A DNA stretch of 64,000 nucleotides from Bacillota bacterium (GTDB taxonomy: Bacteria > Bacillota > Clostridia > UBA1381 > UMGS1253), in NCBI GenBank assembly GCA_022706785.1, contig JAKJBW010000006.1, forward strand, positions 11,306 through 75,305. The letters run 5' to 3'. The first letter of the stretch is position 1; the number at the start of each line of letters is the position of its first letter. Both the position numbers and the translations under genes were made by a program. Shown piece after piece: positions 8,742 to 18,203 of the stretch. The notes below the pieces were generated by a model. That model saw only the letters and a list, made by a program, of their open reading frames with translations. It was not told the origin of the DNA and searched no databases.

Positions 8742-11700
8742 TTACGGACGCAGACATCTTATCATGTTGTTGTCGGTGTCTGAAATATACACAACGCCGT
8801 TTTTGTCCACTGCTACGCCCTTGGGCCAGTTAAGCCTTGCCGCGGTAGCTGCTCCGCCGTTTCCGCCGCTGCCCAGAATGCCGTCGCCTGCGATTGTCGT
8901 AATCATATTGGTGTCATGCATGACCTTTCTTACCCTGTGATTTGCCGAATCGGCGATATAAAGGTTATCGGCTGCATCTATGGCAATGTCGTTGGGGAAA
9001 TAGAGCGACGCTTCGGCAGCATCCCTGTTGTCGCCTACGCCCTCTTCGGTGGCGCTGTTTGTGGGAAGCCTGCCGCTTCCGGCAACTGTAGTTATTCTGC
9101 CTGTGGACATGTCGATCTTTCTTATTCTGTGGTTATCCATATCGGCCACATACAAATCGCCGTTGCTGTCAAAGGCAAGACCCACCGGGCGCTTAAGTCC
9201 CGCATCGGTTGCAAGCCCGCCGTCGCCCCAGTACCCGCCTATGCCCGGGCTGCCGGCTATATTGGTTATGCGGCCGTCTCTTGTAATCTTTCTTATAATG
9301 TTATTGTTAGTGTCGGCAACATAAATATTGCCCGAAAGGTCTACCGCTATGCCCTGCGGGGCGCTGAATCTCGCATTCAGTGCTATGCCGCCGCCGTCGG
9401 AATAGCCTCCGGCAGAGCCGATCTGCAGCACGCCTGCGATTGTGCGCAGATTACCGTTTTGATCGATCATTCTCACGATATGGTTGTCGGTATCCAGATA
9501 GAACACATATTTACCGCAAGGGCCTACCACAACGTCCATAGGCTCGTACATGCCCTGGCCGTATGCTGCCCCGGTATAGTCTGCAGGCGTATAGCCGTTC
9601 TCTATGCCGTTGCCGGTAATAGTGGACATAGCGCCGCCGGGTGTTACCTTTCTTACCGTTCCGTTCTTTTCGTCTGCGATATAGAGATTGCCGTTTTTGT
9701 CCACCGCAAGACCTCTGGGACCGTACACCTCGCTGCTTGTCGCAGACGAATATGTGCTTGGCGCCAGACTGCCTCTTTCGCCGTTAAAGCCTGCCACGCC
9801 TGTTCCCGCATAAGCATATATGGTATATTCAGTCTGCGCAAACCGCGGGTCGGAAGGATCGCCAAAGTTTATCACTGAATCGCCGCAGTCCGGAATGGGC
9901 TCGCTGCCCGGCGTAGGTGTAGGCGCCTGGGTTGGTTCAGGCGTAGCCGTAGGTTTGGGAGTAGGCGCCTGCGTCGGCCCGGGCGTTGGTGTCGGCTCCG
10001 GCGTTGGTGTCGGTGTGGACTCGGGTGTCGGTGTCGGCGGTGGGGTCACAACGCCTGCGTCAATGGTATAATTATTGCCGGTAAGGTTTATGGTTGCTGT
10101 TTCACCCGTCGCCGGATCTGCGTTGCTGTCATTGTCGACATCTGCGCCGCTGCCCTGTATCGTGAATATATACGGCTGTGCCACGCCGGAAATGTTAAAG
10201 TACAGGTGATAGCTGCCCAGCGGAAGGCCTGTGAACAGATACTGTCCGTCGCTGTCTGTAGTGGTGACGTTGAGCAAAGAGTTGTTTTCATCATAGAGGA
10301 CCACAATGACGCCTTCAAGCCCCTGCTCCCCGCCGCCAAAGATACCGTCGCCGTTGCTGTCTATCCATACCTGATTGCCCAATTCATAAACCGGAACAAG
10401 TGTTGGCGTCGGAGTCGGTTCTGGCGTTAGGGTAGGCGTAGGCGTTGGAGTGGGCGTTGGTGTCGGGGTCCAATTGCACAGTCTGGGATTAAATATTATA
10501 GATACATGACTGACATCCGCCGGCTTACCGGAAGCGTTTTTGGGGGAAACCAAGCTGATATCGGTGCTAAAGTTATCGGAATAATTATATAGATTGTACT
10601 TGTTTCCGCCCTTTACAATAACGGCATACAGATTGATATTGCTACTCCATTCCGAAACCCATGTGTATCCGTTTCCGCTGTCGGATATAGTAATATTCAC
10701 CTCAATAGGCCCGCTTGAAGAAGCATTGCCGTTGCAATCAAATTTAAGCGTATAGTTCCCCGCCGCGCTGTTGTTAAGCTTGTAATACACATACTCGTTC
10801 GGAACAATAATATCCTGATCCTGGCTGTCGTTGCCGGAATATTCTGTTGGTGTAACGAGAGGGCCAGACGCAGAAGGCGAAGCGGTTGGTTTTGGAGTTG
10901 GAGTCAGAGTAGGCATCGGGGTTGGTGTATTCACCGTGCCGTTGAACAGGTTGTTGTGAAACTCCCATCCCCAAGTGTTTGCCGCCGCCAGCGACTTGAC
11001 AATCAGATTGCCTTGAACATTACCCGAGCCGGGCGTGGAAGCGGTCGCAAACGGTGCCAGTATCGAACCGTTTACGGTTTGCATGGAAACGCTGGTTGCC
11101 TGCGGGAAATTCCAGACAAGCTTCTGGTTTCCCCAAACATTACCGCCCGGAACAGACCCGTTTATAAACATTGAACAATTGCTGAATCCGGCAGTGGCCC
11201 CTGAAACGTTTACCAGTATGGTTGAGCCGTAAGGTACGTCTATGTGTATTTCTAAATCCTTCAAATCTTTACCGCTTGAAAGAACATTCTCGCCGCTGAT
11301 ATTAAAAACATTTAAAGAACTGTTATTGCCGACAAGATACATCTGCTTATAGGGATTGACAGTTTTGGAAACACTGTTGTCAGCAAGAGCCCCCCAGCCC
11401 AGCGAAAGCCCCTGAAGGTATGTTTTTGCCTGGTTGAAATCTATTACGTCGGCTTGGAAAACACCTTTGTCGCTTCCGCCATTATGCCAAAAATTATAGC
11501 CGTTTTTTACGTACGAACCTGCATAAACAGTGTTACATGTCTGATTCACTGTGTTTGCGGAGAGGATCAGGTCCCCCCCTACAATAAGGCTTGCCTTTGA
11601 TGATGACGGCACGTTTGCCCCAACGGTAAAATTGCCTAAGGTAGCGTTGCCGCCTACGGCAATCCTTCCTTCTGAATCCGCACCGCCTTTTGCGGCGTCT

Positions 11701-11846
11701 TCAAGCACGAAAACATTAAAATCATTGGCAACGCCGAAATTCACAGACTGGTCGTAATTTCCGAGATAATCGACGGCGGTGGATGCAAACGGAGTGATAT
11801 TGACCAGCATTGCGATCACAGCGATTAAACTAAGCGCTTTTTTCAT
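8742..11846 (-). CDS. Large secreted surface protein: choice-of-anchor A domain, Pro/Thr linkers, unknown beta-rich module, SdrD B-like/Cna-B-type domain, C-terminal NHL-repeat beta-propeller
   Basis: 1034 aa with a signal peptide (MKKALSLIAVIAMLVNITPFAS). FGVANDFNVFVLEDAAKGGADSEGRIAVGGNATL is the choice-of-anchor A signature. GNQVWIDSNGDGIFGGGEQGLEGVIVVLYD...TTDSDGQYLFTGLPLGSY is SdrD B-like. There are six or more NHL-like repeats (PxGxAVDxxGNxYxADxxNxxIRK). Three PT-rich linkers are present. Confidence 0.8.
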   Translation of the reverse strand: MKKALSLIAVIAMLVNITPFASTAVDYLGNYDQSVNFGVANDFNVFVLEDAAKGGADSEGRIAVGGNATLGNFTVGANVPSSSKASLIVGGDLILSANTVNQTCNTVYAGSYVKNGYNFWHNGGSDKGVFQADVIDFNQAKTYLQGLSLGWGALADNSVSKTVNPYKQMYLVGNNSSLNVFNISGENVLSSGKDLKDLEIHIDVPYGSTILVNVSGATAGFSNCSMFINGSVPGGNVWGNQKLVWNFPQATSVSMQTVNGSILAPFATASTPGSGNVQGNLIVKSLAAANTWGWEFHNNLFNGTVNTPTPMPTLTPTPKPTASPSASGPLVTPTEYSGNDSQDQDIIVPNEYVYYKLNNSAAGNYTLKFDCNGNASSSGPIEVNITISDSGNGYTWVSEWSSNINLYAVIVKGGNKYNLYNYSDNFSTDISLVSPKNASGKPADVSHVSIIFNPRLCNWTPTPTPTPTPTPTLTPEPTPTPTLVPVYELGNQVWIDSNGDGIFGGGEQGLEGVIVVLYDENNSLLNVTTTDSDGQYLFTGLPLGSYHLYFNISGVAQPYIFTIQGSGADVDNDSNADPATGETATINLTGNNYTIDAGVVTPPPTPTPESTPTPTPEPTPTPGPTQAPTPKPTATPEPTQAPTPTPGSEPIPDCGDSVINFGDPSDPRFAQTEYTIYAYAGTGVAGFNGERGSLAPSTYSSATSSEVYGPRGLAVDKNGNLYIADEKNGTVRKVTPGGAMSTITGNGIENGYTPADYTGAAYGQGMYEPMDVVVGPCGKYVFYLDTDNHIVRMIDQNGNLRTIAGVLQIGSAGGYSDGGGIALNARFSAPQGIAVDLSGNIYVADTNNNIIRKITRDGRITNIAGSPGIGGYWGDGGLATDAGLKRPVGLAFDSNGDLYVADMDNHRIRKIDMSTGRITTVAGSGRLPTNSATEEGVGDNRDAAEASLYFPNDIAIDAADNLYIADSANHRVRKVMHDTNMITTIAGDGILGSGGNGGAATAARLNWPKGVAVDKNGVVYISDTDNNMIRCLRP

Positions 11847-12136
11847 AATATATCAGTCCTTTTCGTGAAATAATCCTCATTGTTGTTATGTTAAGATTAA
11901 AAAATATTTTTGTCTGCTTACGTAACAAACCTATCAAATAACACACGCAATATGCAAGCGGTTTGTAAAAATCATCATACGAAATGTAAAAAACGTCACT
12001 AAAAAGCCCGCATTAGTACCAGGATGAATGTATTAAAATAATCAGCGGCGCTGACAGGCAGACTTGTTTTAGCGAGCTCCGCCGATCAAAACCTATGTGT
12101 GGTCGGACACCTCATGCTTATGCAATAATAAATAGA

Positions 12137-12165
12137 TTATACCGCCTGTTTGCCGCACAGACAAT
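12137..12165 (-). promoter_or_regulatory. Candidate sigma-A promoter for the surface protein gene (TTGTCT-17 nt-TATAAT)
   Basis: The reverse strand reads TTGTCT gtgcggcaaacaggcgg TATAAT. This implies a 5' leader of about 280 nt before the ATG at 11846. Confidence 0.45.
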
Positions 12166-12341
12166 ACGGCATGGGAATTTGTTGTTTCTTTAACAGAATT
12201 CTGACGCAAGACTGTAACATGCAAGACACATAAAGATAATAATTCCATATTCACAGAGAAAAAACTATTTCATATCCAAGCTATTTTATGCCGACGCAAA
12301 AATTATTTCTGCCGCAGGTATGGATTTTAACACCAAAAAAC

Positions 12342-12370
12342 TTGCCATATAGTGGCGCTCGTGATATAAT
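12342..12370 (+). promoter_or_regulatory. Candidate sigma-A promoter for the diguanylate cyclase gene (TTGCCA-17 nt-TGaTATAAT)
   Basis: TTGCCA tatagtggcgctcgtga TATAAT with an extended -10 TG, about 50 nt upstream of the ATG at 12422 (GGAGG RBS). Confidence 0.55.
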
Positions 12371-12421
12371 AAATTGAGTTTGTATATGCTCTGGTAACAT
12401 ATTTCCGAAGGAGGAATTCCT

Positions 12422-13312
12422 ATGATATTTCAGGATTCCCAAAAAATAGTTGAGTTTATGCTCAACTTCCAAGGCCTGTTTGATGTGATCCGGGTTGTCG
12501 ATCCCATGAGCCGAAAAGTAGTGGAGTATTTTGAACGAGAACCGTTTCTTCAGGGAGGGCATTGTTACGACTACTGGAAAAACGGCGTCCTTTGCGCCAA
12601 CTGTATTTCATCGCGCGCTTTTTTGCAGGAGGACACCTTTGTCAAAATTGAATACAACAAGGACAAGATCTATATGGCGATGGCAAGCCCGGTGATACTG
12701 CCGGAGCATACTTATGTTGTGGAAATGCTCAAGGATGTCACCGAAACAGGGATTGTTCCCGACATGGAGCGCAAGACCATCGATGAAATTAATGGGATCA
12801 TTGAGATGTTAAACCTTGAAATTGTTACCGATGAGCTGACACAGGTCTATAACAGGCGTTATATCAACGAACAGCTTCCGACCGAGCTTTACGACGCGGC
12901 CACGGAGGGGCTGCCGCTGTCGGTGATTATGATGGACATTGACCATTTCAAGGCAGTGAACGATACCTACGGGCATGTGTGCGGCGATGAGGTTCTGAAA
13001 ACGTTCAGCAGTGTTATCAGATCAGTGGTGCAGGAAAAGGACGGCTGGGTCGCAAGGTATGGCGGCGACGAATTTTTGGTCGTCCTGCCCAATACCGGCC
13101 CCCAAGAAGCAAACACAGCAGCCCAGGACCTGTGCTCTGCGCTTGCCGGAAGAGAGATGGGGTGCACAGGCCGCAAAATATGCGCAACCGTCAGCGTCGG
13201 GACATACACCGTTATGGGGCAGGCGTTAAATGTGGAAGAGCTTTTAGCGCGTGTGGATCAAAACGTATACAGAGCCAAGGAAAGAGGAAGAAACACTGTG
13301 GTTTCGGACTGA
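12422..13312 (+). CDS. Diguanylate cyclase (GGDEF) with Cys-containing N-terminal sensor domain
   Basis: The C-terminal half has DELTQVYNRRY, DIDHFKAVNDTYGH and RYGGDEFLVV (intact GGDEF), plus VYRAKERGRN. The N-terminal ~130 aa carries HCYDYWKNGVLCANC (C-x9-C-x2-C). Confidence 0.85.
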   Translation: MIFQDSQKIVEFMLNFQGLFDVIRVVDPMSRKVVEYFEREPFLQGGHCYDYWKNGVLCANCISSRAFLQEDTFVKIEYNKDKIYMAMASPVILPEHTYVVEMLKDVTETGIVPDMERKTIDEINGIIEMLNLEIVTDELTQVYNRRYINEQLPTELYDAATEGLPLSVIMMDIDHFKAVNDTYGHVCGDEVLKTFSSVIRSVVQEKDGWVARYGGDEFLVVLPNTGPQEANTAAQDLCSALAGREMGCTGRKICATVSVGTYTVMGQALNVEELLARVDQNVYRAKERGRNTVVSD

Positions 13313-13355
13313 CGCGCCCGCGGCTGGCAGATAAGCGTTTAAGGAGGTAGCGGCA

Positions 13356-14282
13356 TTGGATACGCAAGGCGGCAGCAGAAGAGAATACATCATAGTCAAT
13401 CTTGTGATGTGTGCGTTCATTATCGCGGGAATGCTTTTAGGAGAAACGACATTGTCTTTTATGATCCTTGTTCCGGCGTGCCTTATTTTAATTGCTGTGC
13501 GTCAGAGCCCTATGCATTTGGCCGCTTCGGTTCTTATTTGTCTGGCTTTGCCTTCGCTGCTTGCTATGACGCTGTACCCTGTGGCGCTGGTCTTTTCGGT
13601 GCCGTGCGCGCTTTTTATGGCAATTATGTTTAAGCGCAGGCAGGGGATGCTTTCTATTCTGATCATGGGGGTAGCAGGATTCCTGATATCGTTTTTAAGC
13701 CTGTATCTTATCAACATGGCTTCGGCAGATACGCAGGGACAGGCCGCTTTTTCGGCAACGTTTTTTGATATGGCCAGGGAAGCGGTGGATAAGGCTGCTC
13801 AGCTAGAAGGCTTTACCTCCGAACAGCGTGATACGTTCTATAATGCGCTTGTGTTGGTATCGCCGGCGTTGTATCTGTGCGAGTGCATGTTTTTATGCTA
13901 TTTTATTTTTCTGATTTCGCGCGCCGTGCTCCGCAGACTGGACAGCTCATACAACTATTTCAGACCGTTTTGGATGCTGCGTACCGACCGCGTGAGTGCT
14001 GTTTTGTTTTTGGTTGCGCTTTTCGTCGGCGCACAAGCAGGCGGGCTTATCGGAAGAGTGCTTCTTAATATAGCGGTTATTATTGCCGTGTTTATGCTGG
14101 TATGCGGATTTGCACTGGCGTATTTTTTCATCCTGCACCTGCGGGCGCGTTTGCTGCGTGCCCTTCTGTGTGCGGTGTCGATTGTGCTTATGCCCATACT
14201 GATCTACTTATATATTCCTGTCGGCTTGATAGACGCCTTTGCCGATATTAGGCGTGTTTTTATAGGAGTGAGATGGAGATGA
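13356..14282 (+). CDS. yybS: YybS-like DUF2232 polytopic membrane protein
   Basis: 308-aa multi-TM protein directly upstream of, and overlapping, gdpP, as in the Bacillus yybS-yybT(gdpP)-rplI-dnaC operon. AAGGAGG RBS before a TTG start. Confidence 0.7.
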   Translation: MDTQGGSRREYIIVNLVMCAFIIAGMLLGETTLSFMILVPACLILIAVRQSPMHLAASVLICLALPSLLAMTLYPVALVFSVPCALFMAIMFKRRQGMLSILIMGVAGFLISFLSLYLINMASADTQGQAAFSATFFDMAREAVDKAAQLEGFTSEQRDTFYNALVLVSPALYLCECMFLCYFIFLISRAVLRRLDSSYNYFRPFWMLRTDRVSAVLFLVALFVGAQAGGLIGRVLLNIAVIIAVFMLVCGFALAYFFILHLRARLLRALLCAVSIVLMPILIYLYIPVGLIDAFADIRRVFIGVRWR

Positions 14283-16282
14283 AAAAAAGTGTATCGTTTT
14301 TTCCCGCGGCCAGCCGGCTTTCAAGCGTTGCGATATGGTTTTTGCTGCTTTGCGCCGCTGCGACCTTTGCGGTAGGCGAGATATGGCTTGGTGTGGCGGA
14401 AATGCTTTTGTTTCTGCTATTGCTTTCCTTAAGCCTGAGTCTGAAAAAACGCCGCGATTCCGATATCCGCGAATATGTGCAGAGAATCAATGCGCACCTG
14501 GACAGCGCTACCAAGGACACACTGGCTAATTTTCCGTTCCCAATGGTTGTGGCGCATCTGGACGGCAAGGTATCGTGGTACAATCGCGGCTTTGCCGATA
14601 TTGTGGGCGGGGAATCGCTGTTTGAGCGGTATTTGAATGAGGTGTTTGAGGACTTAAGCTGGTCGGATGTTTTGCGTATGCAGGAGGGCATCAGCCTGTC
14701 GGTGGCGTTTTGCGGCCGCCGCTACAGTGTCATGGGCAGCATCATAAAGCCCGACCCCAAGCGTGAAAAAGAATATCTGGTGCTCTTGTACTGGCTGGAT
14801 GTGACGGAGTATCAGAGCCTGCGCGCAAGGTATGCCGAAGAAAAGACCGACCTGTGTATTATCATGATAGACAATTACGATGACGTGATGCAGGCGACCG
14901 AGGACAGCCGCAAGCCCCAGTTGATTTCGTCAATCGATAAGCGAATAAACGACTGGGTGTCGGAAGTGGGCGGTGTGATCAAAAAAACAGAACGGGACAG
15001 GTATTTGCTGCTGTTTGAGCACCAGCGGCTTGAGGAATTCATTGCGCGTAAATTTGATGTTTTGGATAAAGTAAGGGAAATAGACGCGGGCAACAAAACG
15101 CCTGCCACTATCAGCATAGGTATCGGAACAGGCGGCGACAGTATCGCCGACAACGATTCCTATTCGCGCATGGCGCTGGATATGGCGCTGGGGCGCGGCG
15201 GCGATCAGGCGGTTATCAAGGATGAGAGTCAATTTTCGTTTTACGGCGGCAAAACCAAGGAGCACGAAAAATCCACGCGCGTAAAGTCGCGGGTGGTGGC
15301 CTATGCGCTGCGACAGCTTATCGAAAGTGCGGGCAAGGTGGTTATCATGGGACATCATCACCCCGACGTGGACTCAATGGGGGCGGCTATCGGGCTCTCA
15401 CATGCAGTGAGAAACCGCGGCAAACACGTCTATATCGTTTGTGGGGAGCACAATCTTACGGTGGAAAACATGCTGTCGCAATTCTACGCCGAGCCCGATT
15501 ATGAAACGGTGTTCGTCACGCCCGAGGAGGCGGAGGCGCTTGTGGATCAGAGCACAACGCTTGTGGTAGTGGATACCCACCGGCCGTCGCTGACCGAAAA
15601 TCCGAATTTGCTCAAAAAAGCCGGTGAGCTTGTGGTGATAGACCACCACCGCCGCTCAACCGAATTTATAGAAAATTGCTCGCTGGTGTATCACGAGCCG
15701 TACGCGTCGTCGTCGTGCGAGCTTGTTTCAGAGCTCTTGCAGTACATGGACAACAAAGCCATGCTGACAAAAAAAGAAGCCGAAGCCTTATACGCCGGTA
15801 TATGCATGGATACCAAAAACTTTATTTTCAAAACAGGCGTGCGTACCTTTGACGCCGCCGGCTTTCTGCGAAAGCACGGCGTAGATACTGTGGCGGTCAA
15901 GCAGATGTTCCAGTACGACCTTGAGCACTACAGCAGCCGCGCCCAGATTGTCAAGAGCGCCGAGTTTGTGGCAGATGCCGTTGCCATAGCCATCTGTGAA
16001 GAGCAGATCGACGATCTTGAGGTGATCGTGTCGCAGGCAGCGGATGAGCTGCTTAATATTGCGGGCATAAGCGCATCGTTTGTGCTGGCGGTGTACGGCG
16101 ATGAGATCCTCATCAGCGGCCGCTCGTTAGGTGAGATAAATGTTCAGGTGATTTTAGAAAAGCTGGGCGGCGGCGGGCATATGACCGTTGCGGGAGCACA
16201 GCTCCACGGTGTTGACATGGCGAAGGCCAGGCATATGCTGGTTGCCGAGATAGAGAGTTACCTTAGGCAGGAAGCGCAGTGA
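14273..16282 (+). CDS. gdpP: Cyclic-di-AMP phosphodiesterase GdpP (2 TM, PAS-like, degenerate GGDEF, DHH/DHHA1)
   Basis: 669 aa with two N-terminal TM helices, the DHH motif region (VIMGHHHPDVDSMGAAIG, VVVDTHRP, VVIDHHRR) and a GGGH motif (LGGGGHMTVAGAQ) in DHHA1. Conserved operon context. Confidence 0.9.
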   Translation: MEMKKSVSFFPAASRLSSVAIWFLLLCAAATFAVGEIWLGVAEMLLFLLLLSLSLSLKKRRDSDIREYVQRINAHLDSATKDTLANFPFPMVVAHLDGKVSWYNRGFADIVGGESLFERYLNEVFEDLSWSDVLRMQEGISLSVAFCGRRYSVMGSIIKPDPKREKEYLVLLYWLDVTEYQSLRARYAEEKTDLCIIMIDNYDDVMQATEDSRKPQLISSIDKRINDWVSEVGGVIKKTERDRYLLLFEHQRLEEFIARKFDVLDKVREIDAGNKTPATISIGIGTGGDSIADNDSYSRMALDMALGRGGDQAVIKDESQFSFYGGKTKEHEKSTRVKSRVVAYALRQLIESAGKVVIMGHHHPDVDSMGAAIGLSHAVRNRGKHVYIVCGEHNLTVENMLSQFYAEPDYETVFVTPEEAEALVDQSTTLVVVDTHRPSLTENPNLLKKAGELVVIDHHRRSTEFIENCSLVYHEPYASSSCELVSELLQYMDNKAMLTKKEAEALYAGICMDTKNFIFKTGVRTFDAAGFLRKHGVDTVAVKQMFQYDLEHYSSRAQIVKSAEFVADAVAIAICEEQIDDLEVIVSQAADELLNIAGISASFVLAVYGDEILISGRSLGEINVQVILEKLGGGGHMTVAGAQLHGVDMAKARHMLVAEIESYLRQEAQ

Positions 16283-16377
16283 GCAGGATAAAAGATAGCT
16301 GATAAGAAAGAATAAACACAGAGTGCGGCCTTAGAGCAAACAGGCTTTGGGCGCCTTTGGACGGGAGGCAGATTAAC

Positions 16378-16824
16378 ATGAAAGTAATTTTGCAGGCAGA
16401 TATTAAAGGTCAGGGGAAAAAGGGCGACGTCAAAGAGGTATCGGACGGCTATGCGCGCAATTTTCTTTTGCCCAGAGGGCTTGCCACCGAGGCTACAAAA
16501 GGAAATTTAAACTCGGTACAGGGCCAGAAAGAGGCGCAGGCGTTCCATCACAGTCAGGAAAAAGCGCAGGCAAACGAGCTCAAAGAAAAGCTGTCGGAGC
16601 TGACCGTATCGCTCTTGGCTAAGGCGGGCGCAAACGGCAAGCTGTTCGGCTCCATTACAGCCAAGGACGTGGCCGAGGCGCTTAAATATCAGCACCATAT
16701 CGTGGTAGACAAAAAAAAGATCCACCTGCCCGACGGCATAAAGCAGACGGGCGTTACCGAGGTTGAGGTGCGGGTGTATCCGGAGATCACCGCCATGCTT
16801 AAGGTAGAAGTATCGGGCGAATAG
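16378..16824 (+). CDS. rplI: 50S ribosomal protein L9
   Basis: [36 protein letters not shown] is the canonical L9 N-terminus. The start is placed at the internal ATG at 16378. Confidence 0.95.
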   Translation: MKVILQADIKGQGKKGDVKEVSDGYARNFLLPRGLATEATKGNLNSVQGQKEAQAFHHSQEKAQANELKEKLSELTVSLLAKAGANGKLFGSITAKDVAEALKYQHHIVVDKKKIHLPDGIKQTGVTEVEVRVYPEITAMLKVEVSGE

Positions 16825-16853
16825 ACAGGCCGGGGCCGGGGAGGAAAGATACC

Positions 16854-18188
16854 GTGGAAATGCCATCAAGAACCATGCCATACAGCCTCGAGGCCGAGCA
16901 GTCGGTGCTTGGCAGTGTTCTTTTGGACAGGGATTGTATCGCTGCCGTTAGTGAGCTGATTGTGGAGGATGATTTCTATTTTGACCAGAACCGTATCGTA
17001 TATGCCGCTATGCAGGAATTGTTCAATACGGGCCGTCCTGTGGATCTGGTGACGGTGTCGGACATGCTTGCCACCATGGGCAGACTTGACGTGGTGGGCG
17101 GCGTGGGGTATCTGTCGGGTATTGCGTCGTCGGTGCCCACCACCGCAAATGTCCGCCAGTACGCGCAGATCATTTTGGAAAAATCCATCCTGCGCCGGCT
17201 GATCGATGCGGGCACAAAAATAACCGAGATGGGCTATGCGGCACAGGACGACACGGGATATATTTTAGAGCAGTCGGAAAAGCTGGTATATGACGTGCTG
17301 GCCGGCAAAAATGCGCACAGCGTTGTGCCCATACGCGAGCTTCTGGGCAGCAGCTTTGCGCAGATGCAGGCGCTGGCGGAAAACAAAGGCAAGCTTACCG
17401 GCGTGCCAACGGGATTTGGCTATCTGGACGCGTTGACGTCGGGCCTGCAAAACAGTGACCTGATTCTGGTCGCGGCCCGTCCTGCCATGGGCAAAACCAG
17501 CTTTGCCTTAAATATCGCGCAGCATGCCGCCATCATTCATCAGGTACCGGTGGCTGTTTTTAATCTTGAAATGTCGCGTGAGCAGCTCACCAACCGCATT
17601 ATATGCTCAGAAGCGCTTGTGAGCTTCCAGAGGATGAAGGACGGCAGCTTAGAGGCGGCCGACTGGATCAAAATCGGTGAAAATATCGCCCGCATCGGGC
17701 AGGCTCCCATATATATCGACGATTCGTCCGCGCTGTCGGTAGCGGAAATACGCGCCAAGTGCCGCCGGTTAAAGCAGAGAAGCGGCTTGGGGCTGGTTGT
17801 GATCGACTATCTTCAGCTTATGACAGGTCGCGGCCGTGCCGAAAACCGCCAGCAGGAGGTCTCGGAGATTTCACGTTCACTCAAGATACTGGCCAAGGAA
17901 TTAAACGTGCCCGTACTGACACTGTCGCAGCTTTCACGCGGGCCGGAATCACGTACCAACAAGCGTCCCATGCTGTCGGATCTGCGCGAGTCGGGAGCGA
18001 TAGAGCAGGATGCCGACATCGTTATGTTCTTATACCGCGACGAATATTATAATCCCGATACGGAAGATAAGAACATTGCCGAGTGCATTATCGCCAAGCA
18101 TAGAAACGGGGAGACAGGGACCGTCAAGCTCTGGTGGGACAAAAACCACACGCGGTTTTTGCATCTTGATGAGAAGCATGATGCTTAA
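16854..18188 (+). CDS. dnaB: Replicative DNA helicase DnaB (DnaC in B. subtilis nomenclature)
   Basis: PYSLEAEQSVLGSVLLD, Walker A ARPAMGKTSFALN, and the LSQLSR/ESGAIEQDAD motifs. 444 aa. Confidence 0.95.
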   Translation: MEMPSRTMPYSLEAEQSVLGSVLLDRDCIAAVSELIVEDDFYFDQNRIVYAAMQELFNTGRPVDLVTVSDMLATMGRLDVVGGVGYLSGIASSVPTTANVRQYAQIILEKSILRRLIDAGTKITEMGYAAQDDTGYILEQSEKLVYDVLAGKNAHSVVPIRELLGSSFAQMQALAENKGKLTGVPTGFGYLDALTSGLQNSDLILVAARPAMGKTSFALNIAQHAAIIHQVPVAVFNLEMSREQLTNRIICSEALVSFQRMKDGSLEAADWIKIGENIARIGQAPIYIDDSSALSVAEIRAKCRRLKQRSGLGLVVIDYLQLMTGRGRAENRQQEVSEISRSLKILAKELNVPVLTLSQLSRGPESRTNKRPMLSDLRESGAIEQDADIVMFLYRDEYYNPDTEDKNIAECIIAKHRNGETGTVKLWWDKNHTRFLHLDEKHDA

Positions 18189-18203
18189 ATATGGAGTGAA
18201 TAC

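Noticed and set aside
9895-10470. Repetitive ACN/CCN DNA, which could be mistaken for a tandem-repeat or CRISPR-like array.
   Set aside because: The repeats are in-frame Pro/Thr linker codons inside a single long ORF. There is no repeat-spacer periodicity and there are no cas genes.
12060-12125. GUGUCCGACCACAC in the adhesin leader resembles the ...GCAACCGACC... segment of c-di-GMP-II riboswitches.
   Set aside because: The required upstream partner strands (the GGGCAC-type pseudoknot and the P1 5' strand) are absent between the predicted TSS and this segment.
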